Notes: a model not told the origin generated them from the letters alone. A stretch of 64,000 nt of DNA from Escherichia coli (GCF_045037415.1 NZ_CP173438.1); one strand, 5' to 3'; shown: positions 36,851-49,460, counted from the stretch's first letter. Translations and numbers: made by a program.

Positions 36851-38254
36851 ATGAATCAACAGGATATTGAACAGGTGGTGAAAGCGGTACTGCTGAAAAT
36901 GCAAAGCAGTGACACGCCGCCCGCCGCCGTTCATGAGATGGGCGTTTTCGCGTCCCTGGATGACGCCGTTGCGGCAGCCAAAGTCGCCCAGCAAGGGTTA
37001 AAAAGCGTGGCAATGCGCCAGTTAGCCATTGCTGCCATTCGTGAAGCAGGCGAAAAACACGCCAGAGATTTAGCGGAACTTGCCGTCAGTGAAACCGGCA
37101 TGGGGCGCGTTGAAGATAAATTTGCCAAAAACGTCGCTCAGGCGCGCGGCACACCAGGCGTTGAGTGCCTCTCTCCGCAAGTGCTGACTGGCGACAACGG
37201 CCCGACCCTGATTGAAAACGCACCCTGGGGCGTGGTGGCTTCAGTGACGCCTTCCACTAACCCGGCGGCAACCGTAATTAACAACGCCATCAGCCTGATT
37301 GCCGCGGGCAACAGCGTCATTTTTGCCCCGCATCCGGCGGCGAAAAAAGTCTCCCAGCGGGCGATTACGCTGCTCAACCTGGCGATTGTTGCCGCAGGCG
37401 GGCCGGAAAACTTACTGGTTACCGTAACAAATCCGGATATCGAAACCGCGCAACGCTTGTTCAAGTTTCCGGGCATCGGCCTTTTGGTGGTGACCGGCGG
37501 CGAAGCGGTAGTAGAAGCGGCGCGTAAACACACCAATAAACGTCTGATTGCCGCAGGCGCTGGCAACCCGCCGGTAGTGGTGGATGAAACCGCCGACCTC
37601 GCCCGTGCTGCTCAGTCCATCGTCAAAGGCGCTTCTTTCGATAACAACATCATTTGTGCCGACGAAAAGGTACTGATTGTTGTTGATAGCGTAGCCGATG
37701 AACTGATGCGTCTGATGGAAGGCCAGCATGCGGTGAAACTGACCGCAGAGCAGGCGCAGCAACTGCAATCGGTGTTGCTGAAAAATATCGACGAGCGCGG
37801 AAAAGGCACCGTCAGCCGTGACTGGGTTGGTCGCGATGCGGCGAAAATCGCGGCGGCAATCGGCCTTAAAGTTCCGGAACAAACGCGACTGCTGTTTGTA
37901 GAAACCACCGCAGAACATCCGTTTGCCGTGACCGAACTGATGATGCCGGTGCTGCCCGTCGTGCGCGTCGCCAACGTGGCGGATGCCATTGCGCTGGCGG
38001 TGAAACTGGAAGGCGGTTGCCACCACACGGCGGCAATGCACTCGCGCAATATCGAAAACATGAACCAGATGGCGAACGCCATTGATACCAGCATTTTCGT
38101 TAAGAACGGACCGTGTATTGCCGGGCTGGGGCTGGGCGGGGAAGGCTGGACCACGATGACCATCACCACGCCAACCGGTGAAGGGGTAACCAGCGCGCGG
38201 ACGTTTGTCCGTCTGCGTCGCTGTGTATTAGTCGATGCGTTTCGCATTGTTTAA
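36851..38254 (+). CDS. eutE: Acetaldehyde dehydrogenase (acetylating) EutE
   Basis: 467 aa aldehyde dehydrogenase family, MNQQDIEQVVKAVLLKMQSSD... Confidence 0.95.
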   Translation: MNQQDIEQVVKAVLLKMQSSDTPPAAVHEMGVFASLDDAVAAAKVAQQGLKSVAMRQLAIAAIREAGEKHARDLAELAVSETGMGRVEDKFAKNVAQARGTPGVECLSPQVLTGDNGPTLIENAPWGVVASVTPSTNPAATVINNAISLIAAGNSVIFAPHPAAKKVSQRAITLLNLAIVAAGGPENLLVTVTNPDIETAQRLFKFPGIGLLVVTGGEAVVEAARKHTNKRLIAAGAGNPPVVVDETADLARAAQSIVKGASFDNNIICADEKVLIVVDSVADELMRLMEGQHAVKLTAEQAQQLQSVLLKNIDERGKGTVSRDWVGRDAAKIAAAIGLKVPEQTRLLFVETTAEHPFAVTELMMPVLPVVRVANVADAIALAVKLEGGCHHTAAMHSRNIENMNQMANAIDTSIFVKNGPCIAGLGLGGEGWTTMTITTPTGEGVTSARTFVRLRRCVLVDAFRIV

Positions 38255-38264
38255 GGAGTAACCG

Positions 38265-39101
38265 ATGGCGCACGATGAACAATGGCTCACCCCACGTCTG
38301 CAAACGGCGGCAACGCTGTGTAACCAGACGCCCGCCGCGACGGAATCTCCGCTGTGGCTGGGGGTGGATCTGGGCACCTGCGATGTGGTGTCGATGGTTG
38401 TCGACCGCGACGGTCAGCCGGTGGCGGTATGCCTCGACTGGGCCGATGTGGTCCGCGACGGCATCGTCTGGGATTTCTTCGGTGCGGTCACCATTGTTCG
38501 TCGCCATCTCGACACCCTTGAGCAGCAATTCGGTCGCCGTTTTAGCCATGCGGCGACCTCATTTCCTCCTGGTACGGACCCGCGTATTTCCATCAACGTG
38601 CTGGAGTCTGCCGGACTGGAAGTGAGCCATGTGCTGGATGAGCCAACCGCAGTTGCGGATCTGCTGCAACTGGACAACGCCGGTGTAGTGGATATCGGCG
38701 GCGGCACTACCGGCATTGCCATCGTGAAAAAGGGCAAAGTGACGTACTCGGCGGATGAAGCCACCGGCGGACATCACATCTCTCTGACTCTCGCCGGAAA
38801 TCGCCGTATTTCGCTGGAAGAGGCAGAGCAGTACAAACGCGGTCACGGTGACGAGATTTGGCCCGCGGTGAAACCGGTGTACGAAAAAATGGCGGACATT
38901 GTGGCCCGTCATATTGAAGGGCAGGGCATTACGGATTTATGGCTGGCGGGCGGTTCCTGTATGCAACCGGGCGTAGCGGCGCTGTTTTGCAAACAATTTC
39001 CGGCGTTACAGGTGCATTTACCGCAGCACAGTTTGTTTATGACCCCGCTGGCAATCGCCAGTAGTGGGCGAGAGAAAGCGGAGGGGCTATATGCAAAATG
39101 A
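38265..39101 (+). CDS. eutJ: Ethanolamine utilisation chaperonin-like protein EutJ (Hsp70/actin fold)
   Basis: 278 aa, MAHDEQWLTPRLQTAATLCNQ...DIGGGTTGIAIV. Confidence 0.93.
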   Translation: MAHDEQWLTPRLQTAATLCNQTPAATESPLWLGVDLGTCDVVSMVVDRDGQPVAVCLDWADVVRDGIVWDFFGAVTIVRRHLDTLEQQFGRRFSHAATSFPPGTDPRISINVLESAGLEVSHVLDEPTAVADLLQLDNAGVVDIGGGTTGIAIVKKGKVTYSADEATGGHHISLTLAGNRRISLEEAEQYKRGHGDEIWPAVKPVYEKMADIVARHIEGQGITDLWLAGGSCMQPGVAALFCKQFPALQVHLPQHSLFMTPLAIASSGREKAEGLYAK

Positions 39102-40278
39102 ATTGCAGACCGCGCTCTTTCAGGCGTTCGATACCCTGAATCTGCAACGGGTAAAAACATTTAGCGTTCCACCGGTGACGCTTTGCGGTCCGGGCGCGGT
39201 GAGCAGTTGTGGGCAGCAAGCGCAAACGCGTGGGTTGAAACATCTGTTCGTGATGGCAGACAGCTTTTTGCATCAGGCAGGGATGACCGCTGGGCTGACG
39301 CGTAGCCTGGCCGTTAAAGGTATCGCCATGACGCTCTGGCCATGTCCGGTGGGCGAACCGTGCATCACCGACGTGTGTGCAGCCGTGGCGCAGTTGCGTG
39401 AATCAGGTTGTGACGGGGTGATCGCGTTTGGCGGCGGCTCGGTGCTGGATGCGGCGAAAGCCGTGGCGTTGCTGGTGACGAACCCGGATAGCACGCTGGC
39501 AGAAATGTCAGAAACCAGCGTTCTGCAACCGCGCCTGCCGTTGATTGCCATTCCAACGACCGCCGGAACCGGCTCTGAAACCACCAACGTGACGGTGATT
39601 ATCGATGCGGTAAGCGGGCGCAAACAGGTGTTAGCCCATGCCTCGCTGATGCCGGATGTCGCGATTCTCGACGCTGTGCTAACCGAAGGCGTGCCGTCGC
39701 ATGTCACGGCGATGACTGGCATTGATGCGTTAACCCATGCCATTGAAGCGTACAGCGCGCTGAACGCTACACCGTTTACCGACAGCCTGGCGATTGGCGC
39801 CATTGCGATGATTGGTCAATCGCTGCCGAAAGCGGTGGGCTACGGTCACGACCTTGTCGCCCGCGAGAGCATGTTGCTGGCTTCATGTATGGCGGGAATG
39901 GCGTTTTCCAGCGCCGGGCTTGGGTTATGCCACGCGATGGCGCATCAGCCAGGGGCGGCGCTGCATATTCCGCACGGTCTGGCGAACGCCATGTTGCTGC
40001 CAACGGTGATGGAATTTAACCGGATGGTTTGTCGTGATCGGTTTAGTCAGATTGGTCGGGCGCTGCGAACTAAAAAATCCGACGATCGTGACGCTATTAA
40101 TGCGGTAAGTGAGCTGATAGCGGAAGTTGGGATCAACAAGCGGCTGGCTGATGTGGGTGCAACAACCGGGCATTACGGTGCATGGGCGCAGGCCGCGCAG
40201 GAAGATATTTGTCTGCGCAGTAACCCGCGTACCGCCAGCCTCGAGCAGATTGTCGGCCTGTACGCAGCGGCGCAATAA
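39091..40278 (+). CDS. eutG: Iron-containing alcohol dehydrogenase EutG
   Basis: ATG 39091 gives MQNELQTALFQAFDTLNLQRVKTFSVPPVTLCGPGAVSSCG..., 395 aa; overlaps eutJ by 11 nt. Confidence 0.93.
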   Translation: MQNELQTALFQAFDTLNLQRVKTFSVPPVTLCGPGAVSSCGQQAQTRGLKHLFVMADSFLHQAGMTAGLTRSLAVKGIAMTLWPCPVGEPCITDVCAAVAQLRESGCDGVIAFGGGSVLDAAKAVALLVTNPDSTLAEMSETSVLQPRLPLIAIPTTAGTGSETTNVTVIIDAVSGRKQVLAHASLMPDVAILDAVLTEGVPSHVTAMTGIDALTHAIEAYSALNATPFTDSLAIGAIAMIGQSLPKAVGYGHDLVARESMLLASCMAGMAFSSAGLGLCHAMAHQPGAALHIPHGLANAMLLPTVMEFNRMVCRDRFSQIGRALRTKKSDDRDAINAVSELIAEVGINKRLADVGATTGHYGAWAQAAQEDICLRSNPRTASLEQIVGLYAAAQ

Positions 40279-40279
40279 A

Positions 40280-40464
<185 letters not shown>

Positions 40465-40494
40465 ATAAATAACAACTAACAGGGAGTAAAGGCG

Positions 40495-41721
40495 ATGGGA
40501 ATTAACGAAATCATCATGTACATCATGATGTTCTTTATGCTGATAGCTGCCGTAGACAGGATCCTGTCGCAGTTCGGCGGTTCTGCTCGTTTCCTCGGTA
40601 AGTTCGGTAAAAGTATCGAAGGATCCGGCGGTCAGTTCGAAGAAGGCTTTATGGCAATGGGCGCTCTGGGCCTGGCTATGGTCGGTATGACCGCACTGGC
40701 ACCGGTACTGGCCCACGTTCTCGGACCGGTGATTATCCCGGTTTACGAAATGCTCGGCGCAAACCCGTCAATGTTCGCCGGAACACTGCTGGCGTGCGAT
40801 ATGGGCGGCTTCTTCCTCGCCAAAGAGCTGGCGGGCGGTGACGTAGCAGCGTGGCTATACTCTGGGTTAATTCTCGGGTCGATGATGGGGCCAACGATTG
40901 TGTTTTCCATTCCGGTGGCGCTCGGCATTATCGAACCTTCTGACCGTCGTTATCTGGCGCTCGGCGTGCTGGCGGGCATAGTGACCATTCCGATTGGCTG
41001 TATCGCTGGTGGTCTGGTAGCGATGTACTCCGGTGTGCAGATCAACGGCCAGCCTGTTGAATTCACCTTTGCGCTGATCCTGATGAACATGATCCCGGTA
41101 CTTATCGTTGCGGTGCTGGTGGCGCTGGGGCTGAAATTCATCCCGGAAAAAATGATCAACGGCTTCCAGATCTTCGCCAAATTCCTCGTTGCATTGATCA
41201 CCCTCGGTCTTGCCGCTGCGGTAGTGAAATTCCTCCTTGGCTGGGAACTGATCCCGGGCCTTGATCCTATCTTTATGGCCCCTGGCGATAAACCCGGTGA
41301 AGTGATGCGCGCCATTGAAGTTATCGGCTCGATCTCCTGCGTTCTGTTAGGGGCGTATCCAATGGTACTGCTGCTGACTCGCTGGTTTGAAAAACCGCTG
41401 ATGAGCGTCGGTAAGGTGCTGAATATGAACAATATCGCGGCAGCCGGCATGGTGGCAACGCTTGCCAACAACATTCCGATGTTTGGCATGATGAAGCAGA
41501 TGGATACCCGCGGCAAAGTCATCAACTGTGCCTTCGCCGTTTCCGCTGCTTTCGCGCTGGGCGACCATTTAGGCTTCGCCGCTGCCAACATGAACGCCAT
41601 GATCTTCCCGATGATTGTCGGCAAATTGATCGGCGGCGTAACGGCAATTGGCGTGGCGATGATGCTGGTGCCAAAAGAAGACGCGAGCGCGGCTAAAACC
41701 GAAGCGGAGGCGCAATCGTGA
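40495..41721 (+). CDS. eutH: Ethanolamine permease EutH
   Basis: 408 aa polytopic membrane protein, MGINEIIMYIMMFFMLIAAVDRIL... Confidence 0.95.
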   Translation: MGINEIIMYIMMFFMLIAAVDRILSQFGGSARFLGKFGKSIEGSGGQFEEGFMAMGALGLAMVGMTALAPVLAHVLGPVIIPVYEMLGANPSMFAGTLLACDMGGFFLAKELAGGDVAAWLYSGLILGSMMGPTIVFSIPVALGIIEPSDRRYLALGVLAGIVTIPIGCIAGGLVAMYSGVQINGQPVEFTFALILMNMIPVLIVAVLVALGLKFIPEKMINGFQIFAKFLVALITLGLAAAVVKFLLGWELIPGLDPIFMAPGDKPGEVMRAIEVIGSISCVLLGAYPMVLLLTRWFEKPLMSVGKVLNMNNIAAAGMVATLANNIPMFGMMKQMDTRGKVINCAFAVSAAFALGDHLGFAAANMNAMIFPMIVGKLIGGVTAIGVAMMLVPKEDASAAKTEAEAQS

Positions 41722-43121
41722 ACACTCGCCAGCTACTGAGCGTCGGTATCGATATCGGCACCACCACCACCCAGGTGATCTTCTCCCACCTGGAGCTGGT
41801 TAACCGTGCGGCGGTGTCGCAGGTGCCGCGCTACGAATTCATCAAACGCGAAATTAGCTGGCAAAGCCCGGTGTTCTTTACCCCTGTCGATAAACAGGGT
41901 GGTTTAAAAGAAGCGGAACTGAAAACCTTAATCCTCGAGCAATATCAGGCTGCGGGCATTGCGCCGGAAAGCGTTGATTCTGGTGCCATCATCATCACCG
42001 GTGAAAGCGCGAAAACCCGCAACGCTCGCCCGGCGGTGATGGCGCTCTCTCGGTCGCTGGGCGATTTTGTCGTCGCCAGCGCCGGGCCGCATCTCGAATC
42101 CGTGATCGCCGGTCACGGTGCCGGGGCGCAAACCCTTTCTGAACAACGGCTGTGTCGGGTACTGAATATCGACATCGGCGGTGGCACCGCGAACTACGCC
42201 CTGTTCGATGCCGGAAAAATCAGCGGCACTGCCTGCCTCAACGTCGGCGGTCGCCTGCTGGAAACCGACAGCCAGGGGCGCGTGGTTTACGCTCATAAAC
42301 CGGGGCAGATGATTGTGGATGAGTGCTTCGGCCCAGGCACTGACGCCCGTTCGCTGACCGGCGCGCAATTGGCGCAGGTTACCCGCCGGATGGCGGAACT
42401 GATTGTCGAAGTGATTGACGGAACGCTCTCGCCGCTCGCGCAGGCATTGATGCAAACCGGTTTGCTGCCCGCAGGTGTTACGCCCGAAATCATTACGCTT
42501 TCTGGCGGGGTAGGCGAATGTTATCGCCACCAGCCCGCCGACCCGTTCTGTTTTGCCGATATCGGCCCGCTTCTGGCAACGGCGCTGCATGACCATCCGC
42601 GTCTGCGTGAGATGAACGTGCAGTTTCCGGCGCAAACCGTGCGCGCCACGGTGATTGGCGCGGGTGCACATACCCTTTCGCTCTCTGGCAGCACAATATG
42701 GCTGGAGGGCGTACAACTGCCGCTGCGCAATTTGCCGGTGGCGATCCCGATTGATGAAACGGATCTGGTCAGTGCCTGGCAACAGGCGCTGATTCAACTG
42801 GATCTTTGCCCCAAAACTGACGCGTACGTGCTGGCGCTTCCCGCCTCGCTGCCTGTGCGTTACGCCGCGGTACTGACGGTCATCAACGCGCTGGTCGATT
42901 TCGTCGCGCGTTTTCCGAATCCGCATCCCCTGCTGGTGGTGGCCGGGCAGGACTTTGGTAAAGCTCTGGGCATGTTGTTGCGCCCACAGCTACAACAACT
43001 CCCGTTGGCAGTCATTGACGAAGTGATTGTCCGCGCGGGGGACTATATCGACATTGGTACGCCTCTTTTTGGCGGATCGGTTGTGCCGGTGACGGTGAAA
43101 TCACTCGCATTTCCTTCCTGA
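41718..43121 (+). CDS. eutA: Ethanolamine ammonia-lyase reactivase EutA
   Basis: 467 aa, MNTRQLLSVGIDIGTTTTQVIFSHLELVNRAA...; ATGA-type overlap with eutH. Confidence 0.95.
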   Translation: MNTRQLLSVGIDIGTTTTQVIFSHLELVNRAAVSQVPRYEFIKREISWQSPVFFTPVDKQGGLKEAELKTLILEQYQAAGIAPESVDSGAIIITGESAKTRNARPAVMALSRSLGDFVVASAGPHLESVIAGHGAGAQTLSEQRLCRVLNIDIGGGTANYALFDAGKISGTACLNVGGRLLETDSQGRVVYAHKPGQMIVDECFGPGTDARSLTGAQLAQVTRRMAELIVEVIDGTLSPLAQALMQTGLLPAGVTPEIITLSGGVGECYRHQPADPFCFADIGPLLATALHDHPRLREMNVQFPAQTVRATVIGAGAHTLSLSGSTIWLEGVQLPLRNLPVAIPIDETDLVSAWQQALIQLDLCPKTDAYVLALPASLPVRYAAVLTVINALVDFVARFPNPHPLLVVAGQDFGKALGMLLRPQLQQLPLAVIDEVIVRAGDYIDIGTPLFGGSVVPVTVKSLAFPS

Positions 43122-43132
43122 GGGAACGACTT

Positions 43133-44494
43133 ATGAAACTAAAGACCACATTGTTCGGCAATGTATATCAGTTTAAGGATGTAAAAGAGGTGCTGGCTAA
43201 AGCCAACGAACTGCGTTCGGGGGATGTGCTGGCGGGCGTTGCTGCGGCAAGCTCACAGGAGCGCGTGGCGGCAAAGCAGGTGTTGTCGGAAATGACTGTA
43301 GCGGACATCCGCAATAATCCGGTGATTGCCTATGAAGATGACTGCGTGACGCGGCTGATTCAGGACGACGTTAACGAAACGGCCTACAACCAGATTAAAA
43401 ACTGGAGCATCAGCGAACTGCGTGAGTATGTGCTGAGCGATGAAACCAGCGTGGATGACATTGCCTTTACCCGCAAAGGGCTGACCTCGGAAGTGGTGGC
43501 GGCGGTAGCGAAGATTTGCTCCAACGCGGACCTGATCTACGGCGCGAAGAAAATGCCGGTGATCAAAAAGGCCAATACCACCATCGGTATTCCGGGCACC
43601 TTCAGCGCCCGCTTGCAGCCGAACGATACCCGTGACGACGTGCAAAGTATCGCCGCGCAAATCTACGAAGGGCTTTCCTTCGGGGTGGGCGATGCGGTGA
43701 TCGGCGTTAACCCGGTGACTGACGACGTGGAAAACTTAAGCCGCGTGTTGGATACCATCTATGGCGTGATCGACAAATTCAACATCCCAACTCAGGGCTG
43801 CATACTGGCGCACGTCACTACCCAAATCGAAGCGATTCGTCGCGGCGCACCAGGCGGGCTGATTTTCCAGAGTATCTGCGGCAGCGAAAAAGGGCTGAAA
43901 GAGTTTGGCGTAGAGCTGGCGATGCTCGATGAAGCACGCGCAGTGGGCGCGGAGTTCAACCGTATCGCCGGGGAAAACTGCCTCTACTTCGAAACCGGAC
44001 AAGGTTCGGCGCTGTCTGCTGGCGCGAACTTCGGCGCAGACCAGGTGACGATGGAAGCGCGTAACTATGGGCTGGCGCGTCATTACGATCCGTTTATCGT
44101 CAACACTGTGGTCGGCTTTATTGGGCCGGAGTATCTCTACAACGACCGCCAGATTATCCGCGCAGGCTTAGAAGATCACTTTATGGGCAAACTGAGCGGC
44201 ATCTCTATGGGCTGTGACTGCTGCTACACCAACCACGCTGACGCTGACCAGAACCTCAACGAAAACCTGATGATCCTGCTCGCCACCGCAGGCTGCAACT
44301 ACATCATGGGGATGCCGCTGGGCGATGACATCATGCTCAACTATCAGACCACCGCATTCCACGACACTGCCACTGTGCGTCAGTTACTGAATCTGCGCCC
44401 GTCACCGGAGTTTGAACGCTGGCTGGAAAGCATGGGCATTATGGCAAACGGTCGCCTGACCAAACGGGCGGGCGATCCGTCACTGTTCTTCTGA
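43133..44494 (+). CDS. eutB: Ethanolamine ammonia-lyase heavy chain EutB
   Basis: 453 aa, MKLKTTLFGNVYQFKDVKEVLAKANELRSGDVLAGV... Confidence 0.97.
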   Translation: MKLKTTLFGNVYQFKDVKEVLAKANELRSGDVLAGVAAASSQERVAAKQVLSEMTVADIRNNPVIAYEDDCVTRLIQDDVNETAYNQIKNWSISELREYVLSDETSVDDIAFTRKGLTSEVVAAVAKICSNADLIYGAKKMPVIKKANTTIGIPGTFSARLQPNDTRDDVQSIAAQIYEGLSFGVGDAVIGVNPVTDDVENLSRVLDTIYGVIDKFNIPTQGCILAHVTTQIEAIRRGAPGGLIFQSICGSEKGLKEFGVELAMLDEARAVGAEFNRIAGENCLYFETGQGSALSAGANFGADQVTMEARNYGLARHYDPFIVNTVVGFIGPEYLYNDRQIIRAGLEDHFMGKLSGISMGCDCCYTNHADADQNLNENLMILLATAGCNYIMGMPLGDDIMLNYQTTAFHDTATVRQLLNLRPSPEFERWLESMGIMANGRLTKRAGDPSLFF

Positions 44495-44514
44495 TGACGC
44501 GGAGATAACACATC

Positions 44515-45402
44515 ATGGATCAAAAACAGATTGAAGAAATTGTACGCAGCGTGATGGCGTCAATGGGACAAGCGGCCCCCGCGCCGTCAGAAGCAAAGTG
44601 CGCCACCACCACCTGTGCGGCACCGGTGACCTCGGAAAGCTGCGCGCTGGATTTAGGTTCTGCGGAAGCAAAAGCGTGGATTGGTGTTGAAAACCCGCAT
44701 CACGCAGACGTATTAACAGAACTGCGTCGCAGCACCGTGGCCCGCGTTTGTACCGGTCGTGCCGGTCCGCGTCCGCGCACCCAGGCGTTGCTGCGTTTCC
44801 TGGCCGATCACTCTCGTTCGAAAGATACCGTTCTGAAAGAAGTACCGGAAGAGTGGGTGAAAGCGCAGGGCTTGCTGGAAGTCCGCTCCGAAATCAGCGA
44901 CAAAAATCTCTACCTGACTCGCCCGGATATGGGCCGCCGCCTGTGTGCAGAAGCTGTTGAAGCGCTGAAAGCACAGTGTGTTGCTAATCCGGACGTGCAG
45001 GTCGTTATTTCTGATGGCCTGTCAACTGATGCGATCACCGTGAACTACGAAGAGATCCTGCCGCCGCTGATGGCGGGCCTGAAGCAAGCCGGGCTGAAAG
45101 TCGGTACGCCATTCTTTGTACGTTATGGTCGCGTGAAGATTGAAGATCAGATCGGTGAGATCCTCGGCGCGAAAGTAGTGATCCTGCTGGTGGGCGAACG
45201 TCCGGGGTTGGGGCAGTCAGAAAGCCTCTCCTGCTACGCCGTTTACTCGCCGCGTATGGCGACCACCGTTGAGGCTGACCGCACTTGTATCTCTAACATT
45301 CACCAGGGCGGCACGCCGCCGGTTGAAGCCGCAGCCGTCATTGTGGATTTGGCGAAACGTATGCTGGAGCAGAAAGCATCCGGCATCAACATGACCCGAT
45401 AA
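44515..45402 (+). CDS. eutC: Ethanolamine ammonia-lyase light chain EutC
   Basis: 295 aa, [22 protein letters not shown]... Confidence 0.97.
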   Translation: MDQKQIEEIVRSVMASMGQAAPAPSEAKCATTTCAAPVTSESCALDLGSAEAKAWIGVENPHHADVLTELRRSTVARVCTGRAGPRPRTQALLRFLADHSRSKDTVLKEVPEEWVKAQGLLEVRSEISDKNLYLTRPDMGRRLCAEAVEALKAQCVANPDVQVVISDGLSTDAITVNYEEILPPLMAGLKQAGLKVGTPFFVRYGRVKIEDQIGEILGAKVVILLVGERPGLGQSESLSCYAVYSPRMATTVEADRTCISNIHQGGTPPVEAAAVIVDLAKRMLEQKASGINMTR

Positions 45403-45411
45403 GGAGGCATC

Positions 45412-46071
45412 ATGCCAGCTTTAGATTTGATTCGACCGTCGGTAACCGCCATGCGGGTGATTGCCTCCGTTAACGCCGAATTTGCACGTGAACTGAAATT
45501 GCCGCCGCATATTCGTAGCCTCGGGCTGATTTCTGCTGATTCAGATGACGTCACCTACATTGCGGCTGACGAAGCGACCAAGCAGGCGATGGTCGAAGTG
45601 GTATATGGTCGCTCGCTGTATGCGGGCGCTGCACACGGCCCGTCACCGACTGCCGGTGAGGTGCTGATTATGCTTGGTGGACCAAACCCGGCGGAAGTGC
45701 GTGCTGGTCTGGATGCGATGGTTGCGAATATTGAAAATGGCGCTGCTTTCCAGTGGGCTAATGACGCAGAAAACACAGCCTTCCTGGCACATGTAGTTTC
45801 GCGTACCGGTTCTTATCTCTCATCAACCGCCGGGATCACGCTTGGCGATCCGATGGCGTATCTGGTGGCACCGCCGCTGGAAGCGACCTACGGCATTGAT
45901 GCAGCGTTGAAATCTGCCGACGTGCAGCTGGTGACCTATGTCCCGCCACCGTCTGAAACCAACTACTCGGCAGCATTTTTAACCGGTAGCCAGGCCGCGT
46001 GTAAAGCAGCCTGTAACGCCTTTACCGATGCAGTGCTGGAAATCGCGCGTAATCCAATCCAGCGTGCGTAA
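45412..46071 (+). CDS. eutL: BMC shell protein EutL (tandem BMC domains)
   Basis: 219 aa, [41 protein letters not shown]... Confidence 0.95.
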   Translation: MPALDLIRPSVTAMRVIASVNAEFARELKLPPHIRSLGLISADSDDVTYIAADEATKQAMVEVVYGRSLYAGAAHGPSPTAGEVLIMLGGPNPAEVRAGLDAMVANIENGAAFQWANDAENTAFLAHVVSRTGSYLSSTAGITLGDPMAYLVAPPLEATYGIDAALKSADVQLVTYVPPPSETNYSAAFLTGSQAACKAACNAFTDAVLEIARNPIQRA

Positions 46072-46083
46072 CGGAGGTTGCCG

Positions 46084-46584
46084 ATGATCAATGCACTGGG
46101 ATTGCTGGAAGTGGACGGCATGGTCGCCGCGATAGATGCAGCTGATGCCATGCTCAAAGCAGCTAACGTTCGTCTGCTCAGTCACGAAGTGCTTGACCCT
46201 GGTCGCCTAACGCTGGTGGTGGAAGGCGATCTGGCGGCGTGTCGTGCGGCGCTGGACGCAGGTTGTGCTGCCGCGATGCGTACCGGGCGTGTCATCAGCC
46301 GCAAGGAGATCGGTCGGCCAGACGATGACACCCAGTGGCTGGTTACTGGCTTTAACCGCCAGCCTAAGCAACCCGTAAAGGAACCCGACGCGCCAGTTAT
46401 CGTCGCGGAATCTGCTGACGAGTTGTTGGCGCTGTTAACATCAGTACGTCAGGGAATGACGGCAGGAGAAGTGGCTGCCCACTTTGGCTGGCCGCTGGAA
46501 AAAGCCAGAAATGCGCTCGAACAGCTCTTTTCTGCCGGGACGTTACGTAAACGCAGTAGTCGTTACCGTCTCAAGCCCCATTAA
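46084..46584 (+). CDS. eutK: BMC shell protein EutK (BMC domain plus C-terminal helix-turn-helix-like tail)
   Basis: ATG 46084 gives MINALGLLEVDGMVAAIDAADAMLKAANVRLL..., 166 aa. Confidence 0.93.
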   Translation: MINALGLLEVDGMVAAIDAADAMLKAANVRLLSHEVLDPGRLTLVVEGDLAACRAALDAGCAAAMRTGRVISRKEIGRPDDDTQWLVTGFNRQPKQPVKEPDAPVIVAESADELLALLTSVRQGMTAGEVAAHFGWPLEKARNALEQLFSAGTLRKRSSRYRLKPH

Positions 46585-46629
46585 CCTGTCGGAGGTGCCG
46601 GGTGTCCTACAACACCCGGCATTAACATC

Positions 46630-47682
46630 ATGAAAAAGACCCGTACAGCCAATTTGCACCATCTTTATCATGAACCCTTACCCGAAAACCTGAAGCTCAC
46701 GCCGAAGGTCGAAGTGGATAATGTTCATCAACGACAGACAACGGACGTCTATGAACATGCTTTGACAATTACCGCCTGGCAGCAGATTTACGATCAGCTG
46801 CATCCGGGCAAGTTTCATGGTGAATTTACGGAAATTCTACTCGATGATATTCAGGTTTTTCGTGAATACACTGGTCTGGCGCTGCGTCAGTCGTGCCTGG
46901 TCTGGCCGAACTCGTTCTGGTTTGGCATTCCGGCGACGCGCGGTGAGCTGGGATTTATCGGTTCGCAATGTCTGGGAAGCGCAGAAATTGCGACGCGCCC
47001 GGGTGGAACCGAGTTTGAATTAAGTACGCCGGACGATTACACGATCCTTGGCGTAGTGCTTTCTGAAGATGTCATCACTCGTCAGGCTAACTTTTTGCAT
47101 AATCCGGATCGGGTATTACATATGCTGCGTAGCCAGTCGGCGCTGGAAGTGAAAGAGCAGCATAAAGCCGCTCTGTGGGGCTTTGTCCAACAGGCGCTGG
47201 CGACGTTTTGCGAGAACCCGGAAAATCTCCATCAGCCTGCAGTGCGAAAAGTGCTGGGGGATAATTTGCTCATGGCGATGGGGGCGATGCTGGAAGAAGC
47301 GCAGCCGATGATGACGGCGGAAAGCATCAGCCATCAGAGTTACCGCCGATTGCTTTCCCGCGCCCGTGAATATGTGCTGGAAAACATGTCCGAACCGGTG
47401 ACGGTGCTGGACTTGTGTAATCAACTGCATGTCAGCCGCCGCACGCTACAAAACGCATTTCACGCCATTTTGGGCATTGGTCCGAACGCGTGGCTGAAAC
47501 GTATTCGCCTGAACGCCGTGCGCCGCGAACTCATAAGTCCGTGGTCACAAAGCACAACGGTAAAAGACGCCGCCATGCAGTGGGGATTCTGGCATCTTGG
47601 GCAATTTGCCACGGATTATCAGCAACTGTTTGCCGAGAAGCCGTCACTGACGCTGCATCAGCGGATGCGAGAGTGGGGGTGA
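46630..47682 (+). CDS. eutR: AraC-family transcriptional activator of the eut operon
   Basis: 350 aa, C-terminal AraC HTH ([45 protein letters not shown]). Confidence 0.95.
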   Translation: MKKTRTANLHHLYHEPLPENLKLTPKVEVDNVHQRQTTDVYEHALTITAWQQIYDQLHPGKFHGEFTEILLDDIQVFREYTGLALRQSCLVWPNSFWFGIPATRGELGFIGSQCLGSAEIATRPGGTEFELSTPDDYTILGVVLSEDVITRQANFLHNPDRVLHMLRSQSALEVKEQHKAALWGFVQQALATFCENPENLHQPAVRKVLGDNLLMAMGAMLEEAQPMMTAESISHQSYRRLLSRAREYVLENMSEPVTVLDLCNQLHVSRRTLQNAFHAILGIGPNAWLKRIRLNAVRRELISPWSQSTTVKDAAMQWGFWHLGQFATDYQQLFAEKPSLTLHQRMREWG

Positions 47683-47687
47683 GGGAG

Positions 47688-48590
<903 letters not shown>

Positions 48591-49460
48591 TTACCGCTTT
48601 CTCGAGTGTGCTTTCTGGTTGTCAAACCAGTGGAAATAACTGATCACGCCTTCGGCAATCGCTGTGGCGATTTTCTGGCGAAACGCCGCCGTGCCTAACA
48701 GCCGCTCTTCTTCCGGGTTGGTGATAAACGAGGTTTCCACCAGCACCGACGGAACCGACGGCGATTTCAACACCACAAACGCGGCTTGTTCGGTGTTGCG
48801 GCTGTGCAGTTTATGCACCGGCTTAATCTTTTTCAGAATATGCGAGCCGAGCGTCAGGCTGTTTTTAATAGTATCGGTTTGCACCAGATCAAACAGCACT
48901 TGCTGCAATAGGTGATCCTTGTCAGTCGCTTTTTTACCGGCAACTTCATCGGCGCGGTTTTCGCGTTCAGACAGGTATTTTGCCATTGCGCTACTTGCCC
49001 CGCGGTTAGAGAGGGCAAATACCGAAGCACCGGCAGCTTTCGGGTTGGTAAAGCCGTCGGCATGAATTGACATAAACAGATCTGCGCCATGTTTATGGGC
49101 GATTTCAACGCGATCGTACAGTGGGATAAACGTATCGCCAGAACGCGTTAAACGCGCATCAATGCCATGATTACGCAATATGGAACGGACATTCTTGGCA
49201 ATTGCCAGCACCACATGTTTTTCTTTCGAACCGTTGCGTCCGATCGCTCCGGTATCAATCCCGCCGTGGCCTGGATCGAGAACAACGACACGTCTGCCGC
49301 CGCTTTTTTTTGCTTTCGGCTTGCTGTGTCCGTTACTGGTTTTTAACGGTTCTTCTTTGGCGATGGCTTGCGACATTCCTGACAACGTCAGGGCAGCCAA
49401 ACCGGCTTTCAGCACCTGGCGGCGCGAAGTGAGTGTTTTTAGTGGTTTAAAAGTGCTCAT
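48591..49460 (-). CDS. amiA: N-acetylmuramoyl-L-alanine amidase AmiA
   Basis: 289 aa, Tat-type signal MSTFKPLKTLTSRRQVLKAGLAALTLSG; amidase_3 domain. Confidence 0.97.
   Translation of the reverse strand: MSTFKPLKTLTSRRQVLKAGLAALTLSGMSQAIAKEEPLKTSNGHSKPKAKKSGGRRVVVLDPGHGGIDTGAIGRNGSKEKHVVLAIAKNVRSILRNHGIDARLTRSGDTFIPLYDRVEIAHKHGADLFMSIHADGFTNPKAAGASVFALSNRGASSAMAKYLSERENRADEVAGKKATDKDHLLQQVLFDLVQTDTIKNSLTLGSHILKKIKPVHKLHSRNTEQAAFVVLKSPSVPSVLVETSFITNPEEERLLGTAAFRQKIATAIAEGVISYFHWFDNQKAHSRKR

Noticed and set aside
41928-42926. 332 aa minus-strand ORF
   Set aside because: Lies wholly inside eutA on the opposite strand; arginine-rich, low-complexity translation typical of an antisense frame.
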